Below, in pieces: positions 1 to 14,318 of a stretch of 64,000 bases of DNA. A program made the position numbers and the translations under genes. Origin of the DNA: Vicugna vicugna (Eukaryota); assembly GCA_013265495.1 (NCBI GenBank), contig MU058257.1, forward strand, positions 1,257,262-1,321,261. Reading direction: 5' to 3'. Numbering within the stretch: position 1 is the first letter of the stretch; every line of letters starts with the position of its first letter. A model generated the notes under the pieces. That model was not told the origin of the DNA. It saw only the letters and a list, made by a program, of their open reading frames with translations, and made no database searches.

Positions 1-3000
1 AAACTTTCTGTGGGGAAGAACCGGGTTTTAATTTTGTATTTTTTTTTAAGTCCAATCTGTCATGCACTTGGATCTCTGGTCGATTCCTTGCTCAACTAGT
101 CAAGTACACTGCTCATCCCCTGGGTACACAGCAATGCGGAACTGCTTTACACATCTTAGATCCTTCCTTTCTGTGCTTTGTGGTGGTAACTGACAGTTTG
201 CAGACTGGCAACCTCTCTGTGGACCACGCTTTCAGTAGCTCAGCTGTAAAGAATGCACTTTAGACAGAAGGAGAGTTATCCCATATGGGCTGTCTGGGAT
301 GCAAGAAAGAATACAGAGCCAAGAAAGTGACTGATCTGGTAAGGACACAGTGGTAAGGAATCTGAATGTCAAGTTTTACACAGAAGCAATTTCACATCTC
401 TTTTTAAATTAAATGAAGCTGAGTTAGCTGTGGTGGCTCATTAAAGCAGTTTTGCAACCCAGCTTTTGATATATGGCAGACAAGAGTGAATCTCACTGTG
501 GAGAGACAGAGACTTTTCCTCCTATTTCCAAAATCGAATACATTGGATAATGATGCACAGTCTTTTAAGGATTATTACATTTCCCTGATGATATAGGTAA
601 TTGTGAAAAACCACTTGAGAAAATTGCCCCAGAAAAACCTACTAAAACAAATTTAGAAATCAACTCCATTTTCTCTCTCATATTCTCATGAAGAGCAGGC
701 TAAAACCTCCTGCACTGTGGCGATGTGAGTTATGAAGTTCTCAGGAAGAGATCCGGCTGGAATATGGCAATATAAAGAGAAATGCTTCTCTTTTGATTGC
801 TTTAATAAATAATAATGCCCCAGCATAAAAGTAACATTTACAACCCGAGTCTAGCATTCCTCAAGATAATGAGAGCTAAAACATAAGATTCCAACTGCTG
901 ATTACTGAGACGTTGATCCTACCAGCTAAATCAGAAACTGGCATCCCACGGTTTCACGTCTTTTATAGGACAAATATATATATATTTGCTAGGCACACGC
1001 TCTGCCACTGACCCATCCCCTCCCCCTCAAAATATATATATTTGGATCTCATCTTTTTCTTTCTCATCTCAACTAATTGATTGATTGATTCCCTTTAAAC
1101 TCATATGCCATTCCTCATTCTCTGCTCCTCCCTGAAAGCCATCCATTGTGTTCGTGTGTATATAATCTTACAAAGTGTATATTCTTACAAAATGTATACT
1201 GTCATTTTGTGTGCAAGTATCTTTATTACGTGCAAGTGGTGCTGTGTTGTATTTTTTAAAAATCTGAATGGCTCCTTATTTCTTTGACTCATAGATTCAC
1301 AGAAGTTAAATTGACTTTTGAAGTCAAATCCATCCTTCCTCCCAAGGTCCACAGCACAACAGGCTGGATGTTCATTGGCTTAAACACTGCAAGTAATGGA
1401 ATCTCAGCCTGGTAAGGGGCCAATTCCATGGCGATGGTCGAATTCCTGCTCCTCGCTAACACCTTAACCTAAGTGCTGCCCATTGACGTATCTCTGCACC
1501 AGGACCCACGATGGCCTCGTGACACAGCGGCTGCCTCACCAGGTACCACTCTCCCATACAGGTTCCCAGCTTGAGACGTAGGAATTGGAGTTTTTAAGAC
1601 ATTCTGCCTGACTTGTCTCTATTAGCTTTGCTTCCCTCAGGCCATTTCCCTCTTCGGGAACTTTCCTTGGCCCAGGGTTGCTGCTGCACTGCGGTGTCAG
1701 CGCTCTCCCGGCCCCTTACCTGCCGGTCCCTCCTTGGTGCCTGCCCCTGTGCACCCGAGCAACAACAGGGGCCTGTCCTGGCTCCCCTGTGCGCCTTGCT
1801 GGTCCCAGCGGCCCTGACTTTGTTCACACTGCTTTTTTCTCCTGACACGTCTTCCTCTCTCTCCTCCAAGACCCAGGGCAACTACCACTTCCTCCACCAA
1901 GTGCCACAGACACACACATGGGACAAGGTCCATGGAGGAAAAGGCTGAGGGGACATAGTCCCAATATAGGAGCCAATGTCATACGAGCTCATGACTGCTC
2001 TTTGTGGCAGGGAGCTGATGACACCCCTGGTTCATCTGAGGCGAAAAAGGAGGCTTGTGTAAGGCTACCAAGGAGCTCACAGAACCGGTGATCAAAGCCA
2101 GGGAATGCGGTCTGGCAACTGGACTGGAAGGCAGAGGGTGGGAACAGAGCCAGGTGCCACGAAATCACCTGGTGGGACACCCCCCCGTCCGCCCCTGCCA
2201 CCATGTCCCCACCACCGGGAGGTACCAGCGCCAGTGCCTGCGTGAGGCTCCAGGACCTGGACTCCTGCGGCATGGCTGCCTGCTCCTCTCTCACCCCATC
2301 GTTGACTCGCTTCCTCAAAGTTTAGAGCCCGAGTGAGAGTATTTGAATCCCCGCCTAAGTCCTATCTACACCCACTTGCCAGAAAGTAGGGGCGAGGAAA
2401 TAATTAGCCCCTGAAGCTTTCTCAGTCAGAAGGGAGACCCCACCTCCCACCAGACCTGCCACGACTGGAAAGCTGGACTCTGGTCAGAACAGACATGCAC
2501 TAGAGTTGTCAGGGAGTTAACTCGTTCTCTTCCATGTAGGGCTGCCTCTCCCAGCCCGGCGATGGAAGATGCATTTTGGAGACCTTGTGAAAACCACCTC
2601 AGTCAGGATTCTTGGCGATGGAGGGAAAGTGACAGCCCTGCGGTTTGTTGGAAACATGTTAATTTCCTCAAAAAAGAACTTAACGCAATTATGAATATTT
2701 GATGGTTAACACACAGGCAGTATCGGCCCCTGGGTGGGAATGGGGACTGCGGCTCGTGCGCCCCTTGTGCTGATGGATACCAGACCCTCAGGGAGTGTGG
2801 GGAGGGGGTCAATAACACAGACACATCCATTGCAAAGATGCTTCCTTTCATCAAGTTTGCTTTTCCAGCTGGACCCACCTGCAGACCTATTGTCACTTTA
2901 GACCTTTTATGTGGCCTTTTCCTAGGCAGGTAAGTCATTTCTAGGGAGGTCAGGTCTTCCAGCCATCCTGCGTAGTTAAACTTCGCTTTTGAGGAGACAC

Positions 3001-3848
3001 ACAGAAACACCACCATTCACAGAGGTGGATGTGTGAAGGCCAGAGATGCTCAGGGCTGGGTCCTGGTCACACAGCCAGTGGGCAGCCAGGGAGCGGCCCC
3101 TGGAGAGGTGCCTTAGGAGAGGACGGAGCCCTGGCATGGGTCTTCCCACCGTGGCACAGCAGGTCGGGGGCCGCATTGTCCACTGGAAGTGGAGGGGAGG
3201 GGGGAAAGGAAGCCGGCACGGGGTCCACGTAGGGACAGCCAGAGAGCACAGGGAGCCCTCCGCCAGCGGTCGGCATCCGTGTGGACAGGAGAGAAGAAAA
3301 AGATGCTGCAGAGTGCTGGGGCGCCGTCAGCACCTAGTCTCCCCTCTTCCATGGCAACAGCCTACTCGGGGCAGCGATGTGCCCGGGTGGGGCCTGCGCG
3401 TCCCCCAGCTCTTGCGACTAGAAGCTGGCAAGGGAGGTGCCAGCAGGTTTCTGGGAGAGCCTCACAGTAGCTGCGTGTCGTCTCCTTTCTGCCTGGTTAG
3501 AATATGGATGAATTGGCTGGAGTTCCTGCAGCTGAAGGTCTGACTCATCCTAGAGCTCAACAGAAAGACAGGAGGAGCTCGAGTCCCGGAGTGCTTGCCC
3601 CCGAGCTGTTTCCATGTGAGCGAATGGACACTTACCTTTTTATGCTACGCTTTTGGGTCTCTCAACCCATCAGTACCCACTGGTACTACGGATAGAAGGC
3701 GCAGAGGGAAATTCAGAAGCTCATGCTGGGGAGCAGGTGCAACTGCCAGAGAAAAGGGGCAGCAAGGAGCAGGGCTTCTGCCACTGCCCCGTGTGCAAGG
3801 CAGGGTCACCACCCCCAGGTTCCCAGGGAACTGGGCTGCCAGTCATGC

Positions 3849-4365
3849 TGTTACCGAGGCCAGACTCGTTCTGCTCGCTGCACGACAGGCCAGTAAATTG
3901 ATAGATGAGGTGATGGGGCAGGAATAACATCTTTATTGGGAGAGCCAGCAGACCGAGAAGATGGGGGACTAAGGTCCTGGAGAACCATCTTCCCCCAGTC
4001 AGAACTCAGGCTCCTTTTATACAAAAACAGGGAGGGGTGTGGTTGGTTGTTGCAAACTTCTTGGTGTTGAGCTCCTTTGTTCTTGCAGCTGCCCACGTGG
4101 GGCAGGTCACAATGTTTCTATAAACCTCCAAGAAGACACATGTTACTCTCTGTTCTGCAACTTTTTATCTCTGTATGAATGGGAAAGTGTTATCCCCTTA
4201 AAGGTCAGAGCCTTGAGAACGGCTGTCCTGTCTATTTTCAGGCTCTAGACAACATTCCTTTACAAAAGGTGCAGAACCAGCAGGACTGAGCCCAGGAAAC
4301 AGAGCCCAGGGTTAGAGCCAAAGGAACAATCCAGCATGGAATCAGGTTTGTTCTTTGCTATTACA
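3849..4365 (-). mobile_element. Solo LTR, second ERV family (copy 1)
   Basis: TG...CA ends, AATAAA on the minus strand, clear similarity to the copies at 5943, 16442, 16908 and 18199. Confidence 0.8.
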
Positions 4366-4379
4366 TACCCATCTGAGTA

Positions 4380-4690
4380 TCTGTGTGGTCCTCCTGTATG
4401 TGACCTGTGAGCACTGAAATCTGCCCGGCTCACTGACTCCACCTCAGCCTTGTCCCCATCATCCCAGAATGGCTGCCACAGCTCACAGCATCAAATCTGT
4501 ATCCAAGTCAAGCCTTTCTCAGACTTCCCCTTGTGTCTAATAGGCCAGAATTAGGTCACATGACCCTGCTGCAGGAAAGAATGTCAAAATAAACATACAG
4601 CATTTTTTCAAGTCTTTTGCAAGAAGTGGCCTCTACCAGCGAAGAAGGGGGCTAGAAATGGATGTTGAGTAGACGGTCCATGGCATTGCC
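4380..4690. mobile_element. Old MaLR (MLT1-like) LTR fragment
   Basis: atggctgccacagctc...aggccagaattaggtcacatgaccc motifs recalled from old MLT1 subfamilies. Confidence 0.4.
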
Positions 4691-5942
4691 AGGGGGACAG
4701 CAGGCGCTGCTCTAGGAAGAAGGAGCAACTGTAATTTTAGACCCTAGAAAAGGTCTGGAGACCCAAGTCAGGAGAATTTACCAAAAACATGCTTAAAGGA
4801 GGAAGGGTGGAAAGAATCCGTTGCTTTCTTTTCCCCGGTCTTGACGGACTCTCAGGCCAGTGCACTCTGCTCTCGTTGGCCAGGGGTGGATGTGTAGTGT
4901 TGGCACGAGGAAGTAACTCAGATGCTGCAAGGCGCTCAGAGATCTCCCACCAGCCCCCTCGCAAGCTCCTTTACAAACTCAGCACAAGCAGTGTGCTCGT
5001 TACAGGACAGAAGTCCCTCCCACATCAGAATTCTCAAGTGTCACTTAGAGCAATTGAGCAGATTATTCTTTTCTGACATTTGAATCACAAAGCAATAAAA
5101 ACACAGGAAATGTTTGAAGCCCTGTGTCCAGACTTTGGCGTCCTTTTCATACCCTCATACAGGCTGCTCTGGATCCCAGGTTGTTCAGATTTGGGTATTT
5201 GCCACTCAGTATGCTTTTAATAAACTCCTTTCAGAGCAAAGTCCTCAGAGTTGCTGTTGCTTGCACTTGAAGAACCCTAGTTGCCACAGATGGGGTACCA
5301 CCTGCTAGCGGGGGAACAGGGAAGGGAAATAACTCCTTTTTTACAGAAACAACTTGAATTCCATGCCCTGAAATCTTTAAAAGCCAACTTTTGAACTACT
5401 TTGCTGTTATGCAGGCCACGATGTTCACACTAAGATCAGCCCATCAAGGTGAGAAAGAAAACGTCTCCTTGGGGCCTCATGCTGAGCAGCATCCTCAGTT
5501 CCACCGGGCTGGCATCCGACTTCCTCGTGAACAGATGTGAGCCCCACCCTGTGGCCCACGGTGTCCGTGTGCTAGAAAATTGCCTGGCAAACAATGCCTC
5601 TGAAGTAAAAGAACACATTAACTTTATCAGGGCTTTCCGAGCTGGGATTGTCTGCCAGTTCCTCTCACCTCCCCCTAGAGATCCAGCCCAAGCATGTTTC
5701 TTAGTTGTGAAAAACAAAATAGAAAGCAATTAGGAATATTAAACTTTCATCTTTGCTTTTTAAATGACACTGAAGCCCTTTCTCCAAAGAGGTCTTCCAT
5801 CGAGTACCCACTTGGTCCTACAAAAGAAAGCAAGGAGGCCTCTGGTAAGCAGGGATTAGGAGATCAGATGTGCAACAGCCAGCCCGCCCAATGGAGGTGA
5901 CAATATTTCATTACCCATGTCGAATTAATACACTGTTATAAT

Positions 5943-6474
5943 TGTTATCAAGTCCAAACTCGTTCTGTTCGCCACACGACAGGCCAATAAATCAGGAGAT
6001 GAGGTGTTGGAGCAAGGAATAGTGACTTTATTTGGAAATCCAGCAGACCAAGAAGATGAGGGACTAATGTCCTGGGGAACCATCTTCCCCAAGTCAGAAT
6101 TCAGGCTCCTTTCATATTAAAAAGAGGAGGGGTGTGGTTGATGGTGCAAACTTCTTGGTGTAGGAATTCTTTGTTCTTGGAATCCTTTGTTCTTGCAGCT
6201 GTTCATGTGGGTGAGGTCATGGTGCCCCTGTAAAACCTCTAACAAAACAAACATTACTTTCTATTCTGCAACTTGTTATGTTTATATGAGTGCAAAAGTG
6301 TTAATATCCTTAAAGATCAGAGCCTTGAGAATGGGCTCTCCTGAATACCTCAGGCTAAAGGCAACATTCTTTTACAAAAGGTGCAGAGCAAGACTAAGCC
6401 CAGGAAACAGGGCACAGAGTTAAAGCCAACGGAACAGATCTAATATGGAGTCAGATTTGTTCTTTTCCATTACA
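5943..6474 (-). mobile_element. Solo LTR, second ERV family (copy 2)
   Basis: TG...CA ends, near-perfect 4-bp TSD taat/taac, homologous to copy 1 over its full length. Confidence 0.85.
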
Positions 6475-8127
6475 TAACCATCTGATCATTAGTATAGTGC
6501 TTCACACCGACTAATAGCCTGCAAAATAGCAGCCTATGAAATAAAGCTGAGTTGGTGGTAGGAGCTCGCTGAGGGACCATGCCTCAGACCTGGGGAGGGA
6601 GCTCTGCGTTTGCAATCACAGATCGACGCCTCGGTGCCCTGGGAGGGAAATCTGGGGAGACCCTTGTGCGGTGTGAGGTGCCTGTCGTGAGAAGTGGCCT
6701 GACCATTGCTTGGGCATTGAGCTGTTCTCTGCACACCTGTGTGCTTAGTGTCATACTGTCACTGCTCAATCCGGTGTTTAATCAATAGAGCATTTCTTAG
6801 CAACCAAAACCAACTCTGATGCAGCCACAGGAAAAGCATAAGGGGAGCAGGAAATCCAAACTCCAATCAGGACATCTCCCCAAACACACGTCCCACCCTG
6901 GAGGCGAAGGGGTGTCCAAGGCCAGCAAGGCCGCGGGGATCCCCTCCCGGCCCTCAGGGGGGTGGGTGCCAGGCAGAGCAGCGCCCCCAGGACCGCGCGT
7001 GGTAGGGGGCATCTTCCCAGCAGGACCTCAGTGCGCTCACTGTCGCAGGGCGTCTGCAAGGCAGATGGTCCGGCACCAGCCCAGGCCTCCTCGTACATTC
7101 TCTGTGCCTGGAGCCCCTCCTTCCTGCGCTTCCTGACATCGCTGGAGTGGGTGTAACACGATGTCCTCAGAGCCCTGCTCTTCCCACGGCTGGAATCCCT
7201 CCCAAATGGGGAGCTGGCCTCCACCCTCACTCTGATGGAAGCTGGCCTGGAATGAACTCGGGAATGAGTGTGTGGGAGGAGGGGCAGAGTAGATGGGATT
7301 CTGGATGTGGCCGAGGAATGGAAAGGAGCCCTGATCCCCCCACCCCCTTCAGCCACCCTAGACTCTGGGGGGCAGGACAGGACAGGCGCTTGCACTAGGA
7401 TCCTTCCCTGAAACCGGGTTTCCTACACCGTCCCTCCCCTGTGCTTTCAGAACGGCCCACGCGCACTTCTGTTACTTCTCACCACGGAGCCCCGTCTCTG
7501 TGTGGCGGAAACGCCCAGAGTCTCTGCTTTGTGGGGATGAGAACAGCTCTTAGTCTCTGCTTGTCCCTCCGTGTAGACGGTTCCTGGCAGGAGGAGGAGG
7601 AGGAGGCAGAGCTCACCTGCCTGGCGCAGTGCGGTGAAGGTGTGCTGCATGGGACACGGCGGTGCTCTTGCCTGCCCGGAACCCAGACTGGAGGAGGATG
7701 GGGGGTGTGGCTGAGGAGGGAGGTGGGGGCCCAGGGATGAATGACTGGGGGGACAGGGGTGGGCAGAGGTATTCAGCAGTGTGTGCATGTGCTTGCAAGC
7801 TGGGCCAAGGAGTCAAGCCTCCAAAAGAGGAAGAAACAAAGTGGGCACCCCTCTCCCCTCCAAGGAGCCCTGCAAACACCGGTTGCTCAAATTCTCACTT
7901 TGGGGGGTTTATGTCCCTTCCTTAGGATGCCTTTGAAAACCCCAACTCCACCGGGGTTAACGGGAAGGGAATCTGTCATTGCACGTGGTGGGAGGGGGGC
8001 CAGTGCAGGCGGGCTCTCAGGCTCTGCTCTCACCCGCTGGCCCTCCCCGCCCCAGTCCCTGGCGGGCTGTGCTCCTGCGGCCCCTGCTCCTGGGCCACAG
8101 CAGGTCCGAGCATCATGCCAGATGCGG

Positions 8128-8493
8128 AGCACGGGCTGAATTGTGTCCCCAGATTCATGTGCTGAAGCCCTAACCCCTAGCACTTCAGAATATGACTGTG
8201 TTTGGAGATTGAGTCTTTAAAAAGTCATTCAGGCAAAACAAAGTCATCGGGATTGGTCTTAATCAGATTAGTGTTCTTATAAGAAGAGACTGGGAAACAG
8301 GCACACAGAAGGTCGACCACGTGAAGACACAGAGAAAAGACCGCCATCTACAAGCCAAAGACGCAGAAGAAACCAGCCTTGCTGACACCTTGATCTTGGA
8401 ATTCTGGCCTCCAGAATCATGCGACAGCACATCTCTACTGGTTAAGCCATGCAGTCTGGTACTTTGTAATGGTAGCCCTACCTAACACGTACA
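8128..8493 (+). mobile_element. MaLR LTR (MLT1-like)
   Basis: gggctgaattgtgtcccc...ttgctgacaccttgatcttggaattctggcctccagaa...ggtactttgtaatggtagccc, typical of MLT1. Confidence 0.75.
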
Positions 8494-10394
8494 TGGCTGC
8501 AGCCAGAAACATAGGACACACACACTCTCCTCCTTGGGATTCTGCCTTCACAGACACTGCTTCATGTCTCACGGGCCAGAACCAGGTCTCAGACCGCTTC
8601 CTGGTCAACCTGGCAAGAGGACTGGAACGGCCATGTTTGGATTAAATGCGTCAGCTGAGATGGGGTGGATGCGGGGACATGAGCACCCACGGTCACGGCA
8701 CAGCCCCCAGCAGAATGTCTCTCTGCTTCTCAGTTGCTACCACTCCTACCTGGGGGACAGCAAGAGAGGAAGACCTCGAGTATGGACAGTGAATCACAGT
8801 GTTACGTAGTATGACACTGTATGTCCCTTTCAAGCTCTTCAAGTGTGTAGGTCTATTTCATTTGTGTAGAGACCAACAGTCATTGACCTTTTGAAATCCA
8901 ATCTTATTTGTAAAGAAAGATGGAGCTTCTACAAAAAAAAAAAAAAAAGAACTACTCAAAATGTGTCCTTTGAAGTCACATGGCAAAATGATCTTTGTCA
9001 TCTGGTCAGGATCATCCGGGCAGTGCTTGGCGCCACATTCCGTAGTTGGTGCTCAGTAGTGGAATGGAGATTCCTGGTTACTTCAAAAATCTCTGTTTTA
9101 TGAGAAAAAGGAAAAATTGAATGAAAATCTGAGCAACGTTTGGGAACCAACCAAATAGAACCCATCAAAGCCAGCCGACAGATTGAATCATTAGGTGTCA
9201 CCCCTCAGCAATGAATACGAACAAACTTTATTGGTCCCTCTGCCTAGAAGTGACCATACTTTTTCTTTGCAAACAGGTTGAGGGTTTTGTAAATTTGAGG
9301 AAGACCTGAGATATACTGCCCTGCTGTTCCCACATGGCAGTGCTGGGGATATCGGTCCCAGAGGCTGCCCCTCCTGCAGCACCTGAAACAACCACATTTT
9401 AGATACCACGGCCCCTCTCCACAGCCACATCCTGCTGGATCATCAGGAGACAACCGGCCCACCGGCCCACCGAATGAGAAAGAAGACCAAAGGCAGAGAC
9501 CCGCGTTGCTCTGGGCGGGGGTTAGAGAGGACGTGGAATACTGCTCCTGACTCAACGCCTGGAGAGCTCACGCGCGGTCGGCGGGCAGCTCGGCCTTCCG
9601 CGCTTTCCGGACACGCGCGGCCAGTCTCCAGGGCTTGCACCTTGGGCTTCCTGGGCGCTTGCTGCCCCTGTGGTTCAGGCTCGAGGCGGAGGGCAGGGGC
9701 GGGGTACGCTAACCCCCTGCTCTGGGGGCGTGTTGTGGAGCCCACGTCTGCTCTCTCAATCACCACATTTTCAAAAGCCTATAGGAAATGTCAGGGAACA
9801 TTAGCTTAAAAGGGCTTCTGAAGTAAAGGCTGGTCACAGGGAAATAGCAGGAGCCCTTTCTTTGCCCGTCGGCTCCGCCAGGGCCCGGGGCGGGATTATG
9901 CAGCGGATCGGGGACCAAGCAAGGTGGGGGGCTGGCCTGTGTACAGGGATGCGCTCGGACAGCACGGGGCTGGTTTCCATAATCCTCCTCACTGACAGCC
10001 GCATTCATGTGGGAAGGATTTGGGTCCTGCGAGGTAGATATAGCATTGAAACCTCTCATGAGGAAAAAACACAAAGGAGTAGTGTCCGTAGCTCACCAGC
10101 TTTTCTAGGAAGGGCTGTTTAACAGAAGCACCAGCCAGGACTCCACTTTCTGTGCCGGCATCATGGTCAGAGCTCCCAGCCAGGCTTCCAGCACCAGCCA
10201 CCAAGGCTGTTCTTGCTCTGAGCTGAACCGAGAGGAGAGCTGGGTGCCCTGGCGGACGAGCAGGGGAGGATGGGGGCGCCGCTGTGACCGACGGCTCCAG
10301 GCACGCAGGTCTCAGAACTGCAGGACCTTTCACGCTCAGTGGCAGATAAAAAAGTATATGCCTTTTATGAGGATAGAGGAGAAATGGAGCTCCC

Positions 10395-11440
10395 GGCACT
10401 GTTTGTGCAGGTGTAAAATCACATCGACACGTTGGAAACAGCCTGGCAGGTTTTTTTTTAGCTAAAGTTTAGCTGATTGACAATATTATATTAGTTTCAG
10501 GTGTACAACATAGTGATTCAATATTTTTATAGATTACACTCCATTTGAAGTTAATATAAAATCTTGGTTATTTTCCCTGTGCTGTACGATACATCCTTGT
10601 AGCTTATTTATTTTATACATGATAGTTTGTATCTTTCTTTCTTTGTATTTCTGTGTATTATACACAGTAGTTTGTACTTTTCTTTCTTTGTCTGACATAT
10701 CACTAAGCACAGTACCCTCCAGGTCCATCCACACTGTTGCAAAAGGCAGAATTTTATTCTTTTTATATATCTCACATCTTCTTTATCTGTTATGAACACT
10801 TAGGCTTCTTCCATATCTTCACTATTGTAAATGATGCAGCTATGAGCACTGAGAGCTTGGCAGTTTCTTAAAAATTTAAACACAAATCTACCATAAGATC
10901 CAGCCATTATACTCCCAGGTCTTTTCCCAAAGGAAGAGAAAGCTACCATGCAAAGGCTTGTATGTGAATGTTCACAGCAGCTTTATTTATAATAACCAAA
11001 CCTGGAGACCTGTCAGTGTCCATCCACAGGTGAATGAACAAAAGATGCTAAATCCAATCCATGGAATGACACTCAGCCAAAATGAAAGGACTGAACCACT
11101 CATGTGTACAAGTAAGGATGAATCTCAAAATAATTATGCCGAGTGAAGGAAGCCAGACAAAAAAGAATACATACTACATAATTCCACTTATGTGAAAGTC
11201 CAGAAAATTCACATTAATATATATCGACAGAAAGTATCAGTGGTTTCCAGGGAATGAAGTAGATGGCAGGAGGGGGTTACAAAGGGGCACGAGGAAACTT
11301 CAGGCTAATGGATATGTTCCTTATCTTAATAGTGATGGTGACTTCACAGGTGTACACATAGGACAAAACTTACCAATTATGTCCTTTCAATAGGAGCAAT
11401 TTATTGTATGTCAATTACACCCCAATAAAGCTGTTTTAAA
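10395..11440 (+). mobile_element. Old L1M 3' region, interrupted by a younger antisense L1 fragment
   Basis: ttggcagtttcttaaaa...ccataagatccagccattatactcc...aataaagctgttttaaaa. Confidence 0.7.
10456..10850 (-). mobile_element. Younger L1 3' fragment nested in the old L1M
   Basis: L1 3' UTR motif tagtttcaggtgtacaacatagtgattca; degenerate TSD agcctggcaggttt / agcttggcagttt. Confidence 0.75.
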
Positions 11441-11499
11441 AGCCTATTATGTCTTTTACACTCTTCCGGGAACTGCCTTCTCTTTATCCTCTGAGCATC

Positions 11500-11725
11500 C
11501 AGCACCTTCTCCAGGAAGGTTTCTTGGCCACCGCCCCACGCCTCTCACACATACTCTGCTAGGCCCATGCCATGCTCATCGTCCCTCTGTAATAACATCA
11601 TTAGGGTGTTTTGTAAGGACTGATTGGCAGGGCTCCGTCTTTATTTTTATGTCCTTGACACCTGCCGTGGCACTAGGAACATAGAAGCTCAGGGAGTGTG
11701 TTTTGAACAAATGAATAAATGAAAG
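11500..11725 (+). mobile_element. L2 3' end relic
   Basis: ggcactaggaacatagaagctcag...ttgaacaaatgaataaatgaa tail typical of L2. Confidence 0.55.
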
Positions 11726-11804
11726 AATTTTAAATATTTACTTTGCAGCTTCTAAAACACAAGATATCCAAGCAGGGACATAATATATGCTTACCATTCA
11801 ATAA

Positions 11805-12076
11805 AGGATGGGATGGAATGGATGGATGGATGGGTGGATGGGTGGGTGGATGGATGAGTGGGTGGATGGATGAGTGGGTGGATGGGGGGGTGGATGGGGG
11901 CCTGGAGGGATGGATGGGTGGGTGGATGGCTGATAACGGGTGGAAGGGTGGATGGATGAGTGGGTGGATGGGGTTGGGTGGATGGATGGTTGGGGGGTGG
12001 GTGAATGGAAGGGTGCATGGGGGTCTGGGGGATGGATGAATGGATGGGTGGATGGATGGGTTGATGGATGGATGGG
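11805..12076 (+). repeat. Degenerate (TGGA/TGGG)n simple repeat
   Basis: About 270 bp of ggatggatgggtggatgg. Confidence 0.95.
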
Positions 12077-13394
12077 ACCCCCTGGCCTGACCACACCTGA
12101 GCCTGCAGCATCTGAAACTATAATTCCCTGTGACCTGTTGTTAGCTTCTGAAATCTCCCCTTGAATTCTTCCTCATGACCGCAGTGCCCCCAGACCAGCA
12201 GCCCATACCCCACACCCCCTCCATACCAGGCTTTGCGAGATGGTGTCTGCCCCAGAGCCCTATCGTGACACCGGGACTTTTTCCAGGCCTTTCCAAATCA
12301 ATACTTCACCTAGAAAATGTTCTACTTTGTCATGGTGCTGAGTGGAAAAAAATGGAATAAATTATTCTAGTCTGATGCCTTCCTTTCTTTCTAATAAACC
12401 CCAATTTCCCAAATTATGATTAAAAGGAAAATATTAGAGCACAAACAACATGATAACATTGAATTGCTGTATTTGGTGGAGTTGCCTCTCTAAATCTACA
12501 TCAGCAGGCAATTTAACAATAGGAGAAGTCTCAATGGGAGTTCAACAGATGAAATTAGCACAGCACACAGCTCTGGACTGAAATATTTCTTTGCCCATGT
12601 AATTGCTTGCAGCCACCCTTGTGTAAAAGCCCCATCAGATTACAGGATTTGTTGTATGTAAATTGAAGACTAAATGGTTGGTAGCACCTTTCAGCTCTGC
12701 AATGCTGGAAATGAGTTTTTTAATAGGAAATTAGATTAGTAATATTTTAGTCAACAAAAATGTGGAAAAATTCTGCATAAAGATGAGAAAATCGTTCATG
12801 CAAAGAGACATTAGAATCAAGAATGAACAATTGTTGAAATCTGTGAATGGTTATTCAGAAAAGAATTTCTTGACAGTTCTCCTGGCCAGAGTCCAGGGCA
12901 GAAAAAATGATTTTTCTTCATACCTTTATCACAAAATTCCACCCCTATTAGTGTTCCAGGTAACAACAGTATGGTCCCTTCCTCCAAGCTCCCATCATTT
13001 TGTGGGTAACCTGGAAGCTTAAATCAGCTGCAAGGTAATTGCTGGTCTCCTGCATTATAATGCACTGTATGTGGGCTGCATCTTTAGGAGTATCCTTAGC
13101 ACGTGGCCCCTGGGAGGCTGGGGATGCCGTTGAGGGGTAGGGGAGGGAGTAAGGGGGAGGGAGGCAAAATCTGGTGTCAGGTCTCCTTGATCCAGCAGAA
13201 GGACCTGGCTGTGTTCTGGGAACTGGGGCTAGGCGGGCCTTACCTGTTCTAGTCCAGATGGAAAAGGGAATTTGGGACCTAGGTCTCACTCTCAACCTAG
13301 GAAAAGTGAAACCCAGGGCAGAGCCTGCCTGGCCGTGCCCGCCCCCTCACTTCGCTAGTTTTCAGACCGACGTGGTTCAGTCTCTAATTTGGTC

Positions 13395-13595
13395 ATGGCT
13401 GAGCGTGTGGGCTCTAGGTCTGAATCCTGGCTCTACCACTCGCTGGCTGTGTGACCTTGGACAAATAAGAAACCTCTCTGTGCTCAGTCTTTCCCATCTG
13501 TAAAGTGGGTATCACTTACACAGTAGCACTTACGTAACCTCAGAGGGTTGTTGTGCAGCAATGTGTTTAAAGCACCTAAACAGTCTAATGACAAA
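13395..13595 (+). mobile_element. MIR SINE
   Basis: gaatcctggctctaccactcgctggctgtgtgaccttggacaa...ctcagtcttcccatctgtaaagtggg core. Confidence 0.8.
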
Positions 13596-14318
13596 TATAT
13601 GCTATGATGATGCCCTGCTCCTTTTAAAAGACAATTACACAGATTGATGATCTCGCACGTGGGCACCTGAGCATCAGCAGGCAACACTTTTTAAAGTAAA
13701 CGTTATTGAAATGTAAGGTGCATATAGAAAAGCACACAAAGCCTAACCGTGCAGCTGAATGCGTTTTCATGAAGTCTCTCCCATCCAGGCCAGAACCGTC
13801 TGGATGTAACCTGATCACAGAAGAGACAGCCCACCCCTTTTGTTGTGGTTTATTCACTAGACACAGGGCAGCAGGTGCGCCCTGCAGACGGGCGGGCGTC
13901 ACACAGGGAGTGAATATCTGGAGGTGGAGATCGCAGACGCCGTTGTAGGAGCTGCCGGGAATGGATCTCTTCCCTAAGCTGAGCACTTCCTCCCGTCTGA
14001 GCCGCATCTCAGGGGCAGAGGAGAGTCCTGGACGCGGAGCGCTGCCCCAGTGAGGCATTCCCTCCGTCAGCTCAGCCCCTCACTCAGCGCCCGCTCCCTG
14101 GTGACGGAGGGAGCAGGGGCCGGGCTGGATGCTGCCTGCCAGGTGCTGCCTGTGTGCTGGTCAAGTCACTGAACCTGAGCGCATCCTCCTCCGGGATGGG
14201 TAGGTAAGGTGAGCCCAGCAGGGACTGTGGGGATAAATGAGTTACATCTACGTAAGGCCTGATTCACAACTAGCACTCGGTCATTGAATTGGAAACAGCA
14301 TCGCCCATCCTGTACTCT

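Noticed and set aside
6778..7398. 205-aa ORF and overlapping ORFs
   Set aside because: GC-rich sequence open in several frames; no recognisable domain or exon structure.
11743..12164. GW/HP-rich ORFs
   Set aside because: They are translations of the (TGGA)n repeat.
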